A stretch of 64,000 nucleotides of DNA, from NCBI GenBank assembly GCA_003242895.1, contig QKMY01000023.1:1982-65981 (forward strand), written 5' to 3'. The stretch is from Candidatus Margulisiibacteriota bacterium (GTDB lineage Bacteria; Margulisbacteria; Riflemargulisbacteria; GWF2-39-127). A program made the translations under genes and the position numbers. This document shows, piece by piece, positions 28,877 through 37,868 of the stretch. Below the pieces are notes generated by a model that saw only the letters and a list, made by a program, of their open reading frames with translations, was not told the DNA's origin and did not search any database. Positions within the stretch are counted from its first letter, which is position 1, and every line of letters starts with the position of its first letter.

Positions 28877-31714
28877 ATGAAAAAAATATATATATTGTTG
28901 ATAATGGTGATTCTTTCTGCGGGTGATGTATTTGCCGGAACCTATGACCTGTCTGTTTCTATTATTCCCAGGGCAACGTATTTTATCGATTCAATTTATG
29001 ATGCGGTCCAGGCAAAACAGCAATTAGATGAGATGGCGTCTATTCGTATAGTTAATAATTCTGAAGCAGACAAAAGTTTTAAAATCAGGATTCAAGTATT
29101 TACGAGTTCATTAGGTTCCGAACCTATATTAGATGCAACTTCAGTTCCTCAATCATTTCCAATTCAAATAGCTGCGGGCGGGTCCAGAATAATTAAGAAT
29201 ACAGATCTGGAAATGAACAACAGTAGCCAATTTACGCATAAGATCACAAATAAAGATATGAAAGATCGAGTAAATAGTCGTTATGGAAAAAATATTCTCA
29301 CCGAATATGATGGGATGATGCCTCCGGAAACATTTGTTTATAAAATCTATCTTTTTGATTCTAATTCTCAGGATGATGCCGCCCTTGCACTTGCTTCAAC
29401 GGAAGAATCCATATATCAGCCCCATGAAAAGGGGAATATTGATATTATAACTCCGGGCGAAGGCTCTATAGTAAGTATCGATAATCCATATCCTACGTTT
29501 GTGTGGCAACGGTTAAATGTACGGTCTGGGGTTGACGTAAAATATAATATTAAGATCTGGAAAGTTAAACCGGATGAGAACCCGAATATAGCTCTTAGCG
29601 GTCGGCCAATACTGGATGATACGGTAGAGAATTCCAATAAATATGATTATCCGGGTACGGCTGAACGATTAGAACCTGATACGACTTATGTGTGGCGAAT
29701 ACACGCAACGGATGGTCTTGGGTATACGATAGGCAAAGTGGGAAATAGTGTTGATAGCACCTTTAAAATGTCACCGATCGAGCCGGCACGGCTTTCTGAG
29801 CCAACTTCTGAGATTAGCAGTGTTCCATTTCAGATGAAATGGTCGGAAGTAGCTGGTGCCGCTCATTATGATGTATATATTGATAAAGATGTAAGTTTCG
29901 GTTCTTCGAAGATTTTTAAAGGAGTCAAGGTGACTGAGCTTGCTCAGGAAGATGCCACGTATTATCTTCCTGGTACAAAGTATTATTGGTATGTTCAGGC
30001 CTATGATGACTCCGGCAAAAAATGGGGGAAAAAAAGTGAGACTGGAAGCTTTTTATTTAACCAGGAAATAATGTTGAAGACTCCTGTTGCCGTGACGATT
30101 TTAAACGTGCCCCCGGAATTCTCCTGGTCGGAATTATCTGGCGCAAGCAGCTATCTATTGGAAATTGATAAGACAGAGTTATTTCAAAAACCTGATGCTT
30201 TTAAATGTGAAGGGACAACATTTACTCCGGATAATTATATTTTTGACCCTGAAGCTACCTATTTCTGGCGCGTTAAAGCAATTGGCAGCAATGGGAAACA
30301 AATTGGTTCCGTTTCACAAAGATCGTTTTTCAAAATGCCTGACTTACCGGTCCCCTCTTTAATTTCGCCGATGGATACAAATGTCCTGAGCGATTTGCCT
30401 GAGTTTAGTTTCCGATCTGTTAACTGGGCGGACAACTATATAGTCCAGATCAGCTCCGATATAGCTAATTGGACAAATGCCATAGCAATTAACACTATTC
30501 GAGCCGCCGTTCAATACCCTGAGAACCAGCCTGCTTTGAAACCAGGCAAGACCTATTACTGGCGGGTAATACCGATAGATGAAAAAGGAAAAAGTTATAG
30601 TAAATTCAGTGAAATAGGTAGCTTTAGAGGGAAAGAGATCCCCAAAATAAGTTTAATTTCACCGGTTAACGCTGAACTGGAGTCACCTATTGTGAGTTTT
30701 ATCTGGAATGGGATTGAAGGTGCTTCAAAATATAAGCTCTTAATCAGTGAAGATGCCGGGCTAAGCAGTGCAAAGAGGTTTGAGGTAAACGGTACGAGTT
30801 ATACTCTTGAACAGAAAGAAGCTTTAAAACAGGGCACCAGCTATTATTGGGCAGTAGCAGCATCGGATGTTAACGGATTGCCTTACGGAGATACCAGTAA
30901 TCCGGCGATTTTTAAATTAGTTTCCCATGACAATAATAGTTTTTCTGGGGTTGAGATGCTTTCTCCTATTAATGAGACATTGTCTGGCGTATCTGTTACT
31001 TTTAAGTGGCTGAGTATTCCCTCAGTTAATGAATATGTAATTGCAATTGGCAAAAGTGAAGACTTGTCCGACGCAACAAAATATAAAGTCAACGATAACA
31101 GTATAACTAATGAAGCATTGAAACTTGAATTAGCCATGGATACCCAGTATTACTGGCAAGTTCAGGGAACCGGGAAGGCTGGAGTTATTGGAGGGCCAAG
31201 TAAAATCGGTAAGTTCAGAGTGCCGATGGTTAAGCTGGAGCTTTTGTCACCACTAAATTTGGCTTTAGATAATAATGATATTAGTTTTTCATGGAAAGAG
31301 TATCCAGGAGCCCGGAAATACCTATTGCAGTATAGCAACGATGAAAAATTCTCGACGTTTAAGGAAGAACAATGCGAGTCAAACAAAGCTACGATCAAAG
31401 GGCTTGAATATAATAAAGAATATTTTTGGAGGGTTCAGCCCTTAGATCTAAAGGGTGAACCTAATGGAGCCATGAGCGTGTCGGGTAAGTTTAGTATTAA
31501 AGATAACAATGAGCTTGAGGCGGCTACCCCGGAAGATATTGAAGAATTAATCCTGTTTTTAAAGGGATATGTGAAGGAAATTAGTGTTGCGGAACTGATA
31601 ACCGGCTTTAAGCTAAAGAAAGCAACTCTCGATGGTACGTCAGAAATAAGTAAAAAATCAGTAAAAGATATCATTAAAGGCATTTTGAAGATTAAGTCAA
31701 TAAAGGTTAAATAA
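28877..31714 (+). CDS. Secreted protein with seven tandem FN3/Ig-like repeats
   Basis: Signal peptide MKKIYILL..FA, then seven roughly 95-aa repeats of L.SP...F.W...GA..Y...Y[YF]W.V.A.D..G...S...F. Confidence 0.85.
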   Translation: MKKIYILLIMVILSAGDVFAGTYDLSVSIIPRATYFIDSIYDAVQAKQQLDEMASIRIVNNSEADKSFKIRIQVFTSSLGSEPILDATSVPQSFPIQIAAGGSRIIKNTDLEMNNSSQFTHKITNKDMKDRVNSRYGKNILTEYDGMMPPETFVYKIYLFDSNSQDDAALALASTEESIYQPHEKGNIDIITPGEGSIVSIDNPYPTFVWQRLNVRSGVDVKYNIKIWKVKPDENPNIALSGRPILDDTVENSNKYDYPGTAERLEPDTTYVWRIHATDGLGYTIGKVGNSVDSTFKMSPIEPARLSEPTSEISSVPFQMKWSEVAGAAHYDVYIDKDVSFGSSKIFKGVKVTELAQEDATYYLPGTKYYWYVQAYDDSGKKWGKKSETGSFLFNQEIMLKTPVAVTILNVPPEFSWSELSGASSYLLEIDKTELFQKPDAFKCEGTTFTPDNYIFDPEATYFWRVKAIGSNGKQIGSVSQRSFFKMPDLPVPSLISPMDTNVLSDLPEFSFRSVNWADNYIVQISSDIANWTNAIAINTIRAAVQYPENQPALKPGKTYYWRVIPIDEKGKSYSKFSEIGSFRGKEIPKISLISPVNAELESPIVSFIWNGIEGASKYKLLISEDAGLSSAKRFEVNGTSYTLEQKEALKQGTSYYWAVAASDVNGLPYGDTSNPAIFKLVSHDNNSFSGVEMLSPINETLSGVSVTFKWLSIPSVNEYVIAIGKSEDLSDATKYKVNDNSITNEALKLELAMDTQYYWQVQGTGKAGVIGGPSKIGKFRVPMVKLELLSPLNLALDNNDISFSWKEYPGARKYLLQYSNDEKFSTFKEEQCESNKATIKGLEYNKEYFWRVQPLDLKGEPNGAMSVSGKFSIKDNNELEAATPEDIEELILFLKGYVKEISVAELITGFKLKKATLDGTSEISKKSVKDIIKGILKIKSIKVK

Positions 31715-32688
31715 TGAAATTTAAGACTATAGCATCGTTACTATTATTTCTGTTCTTACTCTGCAATGTTGTTTTTGCTGATAGTAAACCGGTTGCGACC
31801 TTAACTGTTTTTTTCGGTGAGGTCCTCTATAAGAATGCTTCCGGGAGTAATTGGGCACTCGTTAAACGAGGAATGTTTTTCTACCCTGGTGACCGGATCG
31901 CGACGAAACTGGATGGGAAAGCTGAGATATATTTCACTGACGGATCAATACTTCGGGTTGCTAATGAGTCTGAAATGGAATTCACTATCCAGGACAATAA
32001 AAAGAAGCGTTCGGTATTTCTTGTTTTTGGAAAAGTTTGGAACAAGGTAACAAAAGGTACTAACTTCGAAATAGAGTCAATACACGGCGTAGCCTCTGTT
32101 AAAGGTACGGAATTCGATGTGGCAGTGAAAGACGAAATGGATGTATGGGTTGCGGATGGCGCGGTTGAGATCTCTAATGATAAAGGCAAGGTATTGAGTG
32201 AGCGTAATACCTATACGAGAATTAAAAAAGATAGTGAGCCCAAAAAAGAATCAATAAATCAGGATCAGCTGCCTAAACGAGATGACATGCAATCCAAGTT
32301 ATCGCTCATGCTTAATTTTGTCGGTGACAAAGTTGAGGATAAGCCGTTTATTATTAAAGCTGCTGTTAAAGACAATAAAACTGAAAAATTATATAAGGGT
32401 GAGGTTGTCGAAGTCAGGTTTGTGTCCAATGATAAAAGAATGAAATTTAGTAGCGACAATAAAGAGTGGAATGATGAAGTAATTGTGAAAATAACTGATG
32501 GTCAGGGCGAACTAAAAGTCAAAGGTCAGTCAGGACAATCCGAATTTATGGTGATTGGTAAGAACCTTCCGGGAATATCGGTCGAAGTGACTATCAAGCC
32601 TGAAATAAAAGCCAAAAAGATTTCTTTAAGTTATATAGATAGCGATAATAAAGAAAAGAATTTAGATCTTGAGTTTGAGAGAAAGTAG
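31714..32688 (+). CDS. Secreted FecR-domain protein
   Basis: Signal peptide; GDRIAT..DGKAEIYFTDGSILRVANES and ASVKGTEFDV...VADGAVEI. Overlaps the previous stop (TAATG). Confidence 0.88.
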   Translation: MKFKTIASLLLFLFLLCNVVFADSKPVATLTVFFGEVLYKNASGSNWALVKRGMFFYPGDRIATKLDGKAEIYFTDGSILRVANESEMEFTIQDNKKKRSVFLVFGKVWNKVTKGTNFEIESIHGVASVKGTEFDVAVKDEMDVWVADGAVEISNDKGKVLSERNTYTRIKKDSEPKKESINQDQLPKRDDMQSKLSLMLNFVGDKVEDKPFIIKAAVKDNKTEKLYKGEVVEVRFVSNDKRMKFSSDNKEWNDEVIVKITDGQGELKVKGQSGQSEFMVIGKNLPGISVEVTIKPEIKAKKISLSYIDSDNKEKNLDLEFERK

Positions 32689-32691
32689 ATT

Positions 32692-35082
32692 ATGAAAAGA
32701 ATCCATGTGCTTTTCTTTTTTGTGTTTTTCTATTTGATCATTATTAATTTGTCTTATGCTGATGGTATTATTCATACCAGAATTGATAAAATAATTGCAG
32801 ATCAACCGGCACAATTTACCGTAGAGCTTGAAGGGATAACCTCAAACGTAGAGGTTGTAATTTATTATAAAATCGGTAAGGAAAATCTTTATAATGAAGC
32901 AAGTATGCTTTCTATCGGGAATAACGTTTATACGACAACGTTAACACCGGTTTTCGCAAAAGATGATGTTTTTTCCTATTATATAGCTGTTAAAATGGAT
33001 AATAAATTGATGCTGTCATTGCCGGAAGTGAATCCGAAAGAATATCCTTTTATTGTGAATGTTACCAGCGACGAATTCACTCCCAAAGTGCGTTTTTTGA
33101 CCCCGGCAAATAACGAGGTCGTAAGGAACGGATTCCCTTGCGTTCTTCTCACGTTTGATGACGAATTGTCCCAATTGGACATGAAAACCTTTAAAATGAC
33201 TATTAATGGGGAGGATGTTACTGATTATGTGTCATTAAGTCAGACATTTGCTAATTATGTTCCTAAGAAAGAACTCAAAGAAGATGTTTATTCTATAAAA
33301 GTTACTATTAAAGATGTCAGGGGGAAAGTTCATTCGATTAATTCCTCTTTTACTTTTAGACGAAAAGACCAGGACTTCCTGACATATAATGGGTCACTTT
33401 CCCTTGATAACTATTTTTATAATACAGATAAATATGCCGAAAAAGTTATTCGCGAACCGTTTGAATCTGAGGCAGTCGCCGATATTAACCTTAAATCGTG
33501 GATATTGAACTCAAATATTAATGTTAAACGCGATAGCAAAGAGTCTTCGGATAACCAGCCGTTAAACAGGGTATCATTCGGTATCTGGGATGATAAAAAA
33601 AATATCGATATCAAATGCGGAGATACTAATCCGGTGATGTCGAATATGGCTCTTAATGGTATGTTAGTACAGGGAAATGATATCGATCTCGATGTCTTTG
33701 GAGTTGTCGGTTTAAATAAGTTGGTAAAAATAAAGTATATTTCAGGTATAACCAGAAAGGCCATCGATACTTCTTCAACTGCCAATATGGATAATGTGTC
33801 TTATGAACAAGATATAAGCGCGTATAAAATATCTACGAACCTTTTTGGGTTCGAGAATAATGTCAGCTATATGCATATTAAAGACAACGAAAACAGCTTG
33901 CCTTTGTATTCTAGCTTACCGTCGAGCGACAGGCTACTAAAGCCACGAGAGAACCATGTTGTGTCGGTTGAGAATAACATGAGGTTGTTTGATCTGACTG
34001 ATATTAAGTTAGAAACAGCTGCATCTGTTTATTACAGTGATTCTACTGCCGGATCTATCAACGTTTCTGACCTTAATCTTCCAATAAAAGAAGAAACAAT
34101 CAAACAGTATGAAAAAACAATCCCGATAAAATCAAGTATGACTGTCGGAGCTGCAACAAATCTTGAGGTCAGAACCCCGGTCCTGTTCCGGGAATTAACC
34201 TTTAAAGGTGGAACGAAATGGGCGCATCCCAGTTTTACCAGTCTAGGGAGCAGTTCTGTTAAAAAGGATAATTTTGAGTATTCCGGTGAGCTTGGTGTTA
34301 GATTGCTTAAAAATCTTTTTTCTTTGCGAGGAGGCATTAAGAAGCAGAATGATAATGTTATGCAGTCTGCCAGCGAAAATACCACCTATACGTTAGGCTA
34401 TAATGTCGATTCAACCCTGGTTATTCCAAATGTGGCTATTCTGTATCTCGGATTCAATAATTCTGATAAAGAGAATAAAACAAATGACAATGAGGTTGTT
34501 ACCGGTGATCGACGGGTATCCAATAAGCTGTTGACTGTTATGATGGGAATTGGCGGGATAACTTTTGATATTGCTTCGGTTGCTAATAAAATCAATATTA
34601 ACTATAACTATAACAAATATACGGATGACGCGATTACTGTTAATAGTTTTGATGCGACAGCCTTCGGCATTAATTACCAGACAGAGATTTTACCCTTTAA
34701 ACTAAAAGTTGATTTTAGCAGATCAGATAAACTGGCGAAAAGCACGACACCCAATACCACGACTTACACGACATTAGGCGGGAAGGCTTTTTATGACGTT
34801 ATACCAAAGATCTTCACTTCTTATGCCGGATTGAAGCTTTCTAAAGGGTATAATAACGGTAATGACATTGCCAAACGTATAGATAACACAAATATGACTC
34901 TTACTGTTGGGGGTTCCTACAAATTCGATCAGCAGGCATGGATTTTCTACGATTCGTTGTTAACTGTGAACTGGGATCTTATTACTCTAACTGATGCGAA
35001 ATCTAAGTCGGAAGATGTTGATTACAGAGACAAAAATTTTTCGGAATCAATTTTAACGCTGAAAGTATCGACCGTATTCTAG
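32692..35082 (+). CDS. Probable outer-membrane protein: N-terminal Ig-like domains plus C-terminal beta-barrel
   Basis: Signal peptide; alternating amphipathic strands rich in Y/N/S/T in the C-terminal half; terminal strand LTLKVSTVF ending in Phe. Confidence 0.65.
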   Translation: MKRIHVLFFFVFFYLIIINLSYADGIIHTRIDKIIADQPAQFTVELEGITSNVEVVIYYKIGKENLYNEASMLSIGNNVYTTTLTPVFAKDDVFSYYIAVKMDNKLMLSLPEVNPKEYPFIVNVTSDEFTPKVRFLTPANNEVVRNGFPCVLLTFDDELSQLDMKTFKMTINGEDVTDYVSLSQTFANYVPKKELKEDVYSIKVTIKDVRGKVHSINSSFTFRRKDQDFLTYNGSLSLDNYFYNTDKYAEKVIREPFESEAVADINLKSWILNSNINVKRDSKESSDNQPLNRVSFGIWDDKKNIDIKCGDTNPVMSNMALNGMLVQGNDIDLDVFGVVGLNKLVKIKYISGITRKAIDTSSTANMDNVSYEQDISAYKISTNLFGFENNVSYMHIKDNENSLPLYSSLPSSDRLLKPRENHVVSVENNMRLFDLTDIKLETAASVYYSDSTAGSINVSDLNLPIKEETIKQYEKTIPIKSSMTVGAATNLEVRTPVLFRELTFKGGTKWAHPSFTSLGSSSVKKDNFEYSGELGVRLLKNLFSLRGGIKKQNDNVMQSASENTTYTLGYNVDSTLVIPNVAILYLGFNNSDKENKTNDNEVVTGDRRVSNKLLTVMMGIGGITFDIASVANKININYNYNKYTDDAITVNSFDATAFGINYQTEILPFKLKVDFSRSDKLAKSTTPNTTTYTTLGGKAFYDVIPKIFTSYAGLKLSKGYNNGNDIAKRIDNTNMTLTVGGSYKFDQQAWIFYDSLLTVNWDLITLTDAKSKSEDVDYRDKNFSESILTLKVSTVF

Positions 35083-35128
35083 CTTTTTCATTTTGTGTCT
35101 GTTCTTTTTTACCGATAATGTAACTACT

Positions 35129-35689
35129 ATGATAAATAACCTGACGTTTGAACAACAAAAAGTACAATACTCGTTTTCTCGTGGAGAAGCTACTTCCGGC
35201 AATAAATTCTCGTCTTATTCAAAGGAAACCCTTTACGCTGAAAGTACTCTTCTGACAATTAATGATGATAAGGTTGAAATAGTACATAGAACGTTAGAAA
35301 TTGAAATCAATAAATCTTTTAAAACGAGCCTTCCTGAGCTATCTGATAGGTTGAACTCATCTAAAATCCCAGGATATATCAACTCATCGCTTGTCCCCGA
35401 CTATTGGAATGCTGAGAATACCTCGTCCAGGATAGCAGATTTGGCAACTTCTTTAGCTGGGATGTGGAAAACTCAAAATCCGGATAAAGATCAGAATGAA
35501 TTCCAGGAATTTCTAAATAAATTGAAAAGTTCGATTGAAGAAGGGTTTTCACAAGCTCTGCACATTCTTAGTAATACTATTAGCTCTCCAGTCCGGGATT
35601 TGATCAATGACACCTACGCTTTGACTATGGACAAGGTTGACAAGTCATTTGCTGATTTGATTCAGGACTACGATAAAAAAGTCGCTTAA
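35129..35689 (+). CDS. DUF5610-like protein
   Basis: Pattern YWNAENTSSRIAD...IEEGFSQA..IL...INDTY. Confidence 0.65.
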   Translation: MINNLTFEQQKVQYSFSRGEATSGNKFSSYSKETLYAESTLLTINDDKVEIVHRTLEIEINKSFKTSLPELSDRLNSSKIPGYINSSLVPDYWNAENTSSRIADLATSLAGMWKTQNPDKDQNEFQEFLNKLKSSIEEGFSQALHILSNTISSPVRDLINDTYALTMDKVDKSFADLIQDYDKKVA

Positions 35690-35782
35690 ATATTCTTAGC
35701 CGCTCCCTAAATATTTTAACTTGTTAAGGCTCTGATTCTTTTCACGGTTTTAGTTTAAAGAGATATCTGGAAAATTTCCCCT

Positions 35783-36040
35783 TTACTCTTCTTTCCCATT
35801 ATGTCTTTCTACCGCGATTGTGCATTCTCCAATCAGTGCGGCCGCAGCTCCGATAGCCGCTAACATTGGAGCTATAACAGCGCCAATAACGCCAATCGTC
35901 AGGGGCAACGACATGATAATATTTCCTTCTTTACCTTTGACTATGATTTTTCTCACATTTCCTTCTTGAATGAGCATTTTGATCTTTTGGACTAATTGTT
36001 CACTTTTAACTCTAAACTCTTCTTTATAGGTCCCTGTCAT
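35783..36040 (-). CDS. DUF4342 protein
   Basis: Pattern KIKMLIQEGNVRKIIVK...LPLTIG.IGA..AP.LAAIG..AAL...CTI.VER; AAGGAG RBS. Confidence 0.85.
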   Translation of the reverse strand: MTGTYKEEFRVKSEQLVQKIKMLIQEGNVRKIIVKGKEGNIIMSLPLTIGVIGAVIAPMLAAIGAAAALIGECTIAVERHNGKEE

Positions 36041-36404
36041 AATGAACGCTCCTTTTTAGAATGTATTTTAACCTGTCAGCTATAATAACGTTAAATCTGA
36101 GATATGTTAAGGATATAAAAATACGGCAGCCGTTTGGCTTTTGGTTATTAATAGAATGCATTGATGATGCTCGTGGTTTAGCTTCTTTTTTTCGCATATT
36201 TTTTAATATTATAGCGCTTCTATCCGTAGCGTAGAATTCCTTTTTCCTAGTTGACGCAGGGCCCAGCTTTCCCTTTGAGCCTCTGACGTGCTTCCTGGCG
36301 CATTCTTCTTTTGCATTGCTTTCCAATAGTATTTTATAAAATTCTAAGTATATGATAAACTTAGAAAATCATTGTTATTCAATATAAAAGTTAGGAAATC
36401 CCAA

Positions 36405-37868
36405 ATGATAGGTTTCGTGCTTCTTCTTGTTTTTGCATTGCTTGCGTTTTTAATGTACTTAGGCAAAATACCCGCCTTACTTGCGCTTCCGGTACTTGCT
36501 TTTTTGCTTACTTTTATTGCGGGAGTGCCATTTTATTTTAATCAGTATCCGGCAGAAATGAGCTTTATTCTAAAATTTGGAAAATCGATATTAGACTCAC
36601 AGCATCTTGTCTCATCAACGGTTATTTCTGATGGGATTCCACGGTTACATGTCGCTATTTTAACTGTCATGATAGGCGGAATTTTTGGGTATTTTTTAAA
36701 AGCCGCTGGGATAAGCGAATCATTAGTTCGCAAAGTAGCTGAATTGGCTGGAGATAAGCCTTTTGTCATAGCTCTTGTCCTTACGCTCGTGGTGAGTTTT
36801 TTGTTTACTACATTGGGTGGCTTGGGTGCGATTATTCTTGTTGCGAATATTTATCTGCCCGTCCTGTTATCAATAGGGATACCTCCGTTGCTTATCGGCA
36901 GTCTGTTCCTAATGTCCATTTCTTTTGGCGGGATATTCAATATGGTGAACTGGGCGCTTTATGTTGACATCCTGGGACTGTCCCAACAACAAATTATGAT
37001 ATATGCGCTCCCGTTGGGTGTTGTTTTTTTAGTTGTTATGATACTTTTTATGATTATAGAGTTCAAAAAAGCGCGGATCCCGGTTCCGACTGCTGCTGTT
37101 GTCAAAATATTTGCAATTTTAGCAACTATTTGTGCCGTATTCGTATGGTTTAAAGCTACTAATCCGATCAGCCCTGAAATGTTCCTTATGCTTAAGTGGG
37201 CTTATAAGGCTCTATTACTTCTTTTATTCATTATTCCTGCATTTAGCAGAAAGTTTTCATGGATAGCTATGCTTGCTCCTTTCGTGCCGATCAGCCTTGT
37301 GCTTTTTCTTGGTTGGAACATTAATCCGGCGTTTCTGCTCGGTATCATATTTTTATTTATTACCACCATGAACATCCGTAAATCTGATAGTTTTTCCTCT
37401 CGTTCGAAGCTCTTGATCCAGTCCTCCATCGAAGGAATACAGGGCGTAGCACCTGCGGTAGCTATTATGATAGGGATTGGTATGGTCTTGATAGCTGTAG
37501 TTCAGCCTCCGGTAAGCCAGAGTTTGTCGCCGTTGTTAAATGCGGTGTTGCCTACGAGTCCAGCCGGATATGTGATTATTTTCACCATCCTTGCTCCTTT
37601 AGCATTGTATCGGGGACCGCTTAATCTCTGGGGGATGGGAAGCGGGCTCATGCAACTTATTAAAGTGAGTGGGCTTAGCAGTATGTCAATTATGGCAGCG
37701 TTCATGTCAACCGGTCAGATTCAGGGGGTCTGTGATCCTACAAATACTCACAATGTCTGGGTCGCTAATCAACTGAAAATAGAGCTCAATGCGCTCTTGC
37801 GGAAAACATTACCTTATATGTGGGTAATAGCTTTATGCGGTTTGCTTTTAGGGGTTTATGTTAAATAA
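36405..37868 (+). CDS. Ion-transporter (IT) superfamily permease (GntP/CitM-like)
   Basis: About 12 or more TM segments; LALYRGPLNLWGMG and CDPTNTHNVW; overlaps the next gene. Confidence 0.8.
   Translation: MIGFVLLLVFALLAFLMYLGKIPALLALPVLAFLLTFIAGVPFYFNQYPAEMSFILKFGKSILDSQHLVSSTVISDGIPRLHVAILTVMIGGIFGYFLKAAGISESLVRKVAELAGDKPFVIALVLTLVVSFLFTTLGGLGAIILVANIYLPVLLSIGIPPLLIGSLFLMSISFGGIFNMVNWALYVDILGLSQQQIMIYALPLGVVFLVVMILFMIIEFKKARIPVPTAAVVKIFAILATICAVFVWFKATNPISPEMFLMLKWAYKALLLLLFIIPAFSRKFSWIAMLAPFVPISLVLFLGWNINPAFLLGIIFLFITTMNIRKSDSFSSRSKLLIQSSIEGIQGVAPAVAIMIGIGMVLIAVVQPPVSQSLSPLLNAVLPTSPAGYVIIFTILAPLALYRGPLNLWGMGSGLMQLIKVSGLSSMSIMAAFMSTGQIQGVCDPTNTHNVWVANQLKIELNALLRKTLPYMWVIALCGLLLGVYVK

Noticed and set aside
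28877..31714. Repeats as a nucleotide tandem array or CRISPR
   Set aside because: The repetition is visible only at protein level; I saw no identical DNA repeats with spacers in the window.
36024..36326. 100-aa ORF and GC-richer patch as a gene or c-di-GMP-II riboswitch
   Set aside because: No RBS or recognisable domain in the frames I checked, it overlaps the DUF4342 RBS, and the GGGCACUUG/GUGCAAC core is absent.
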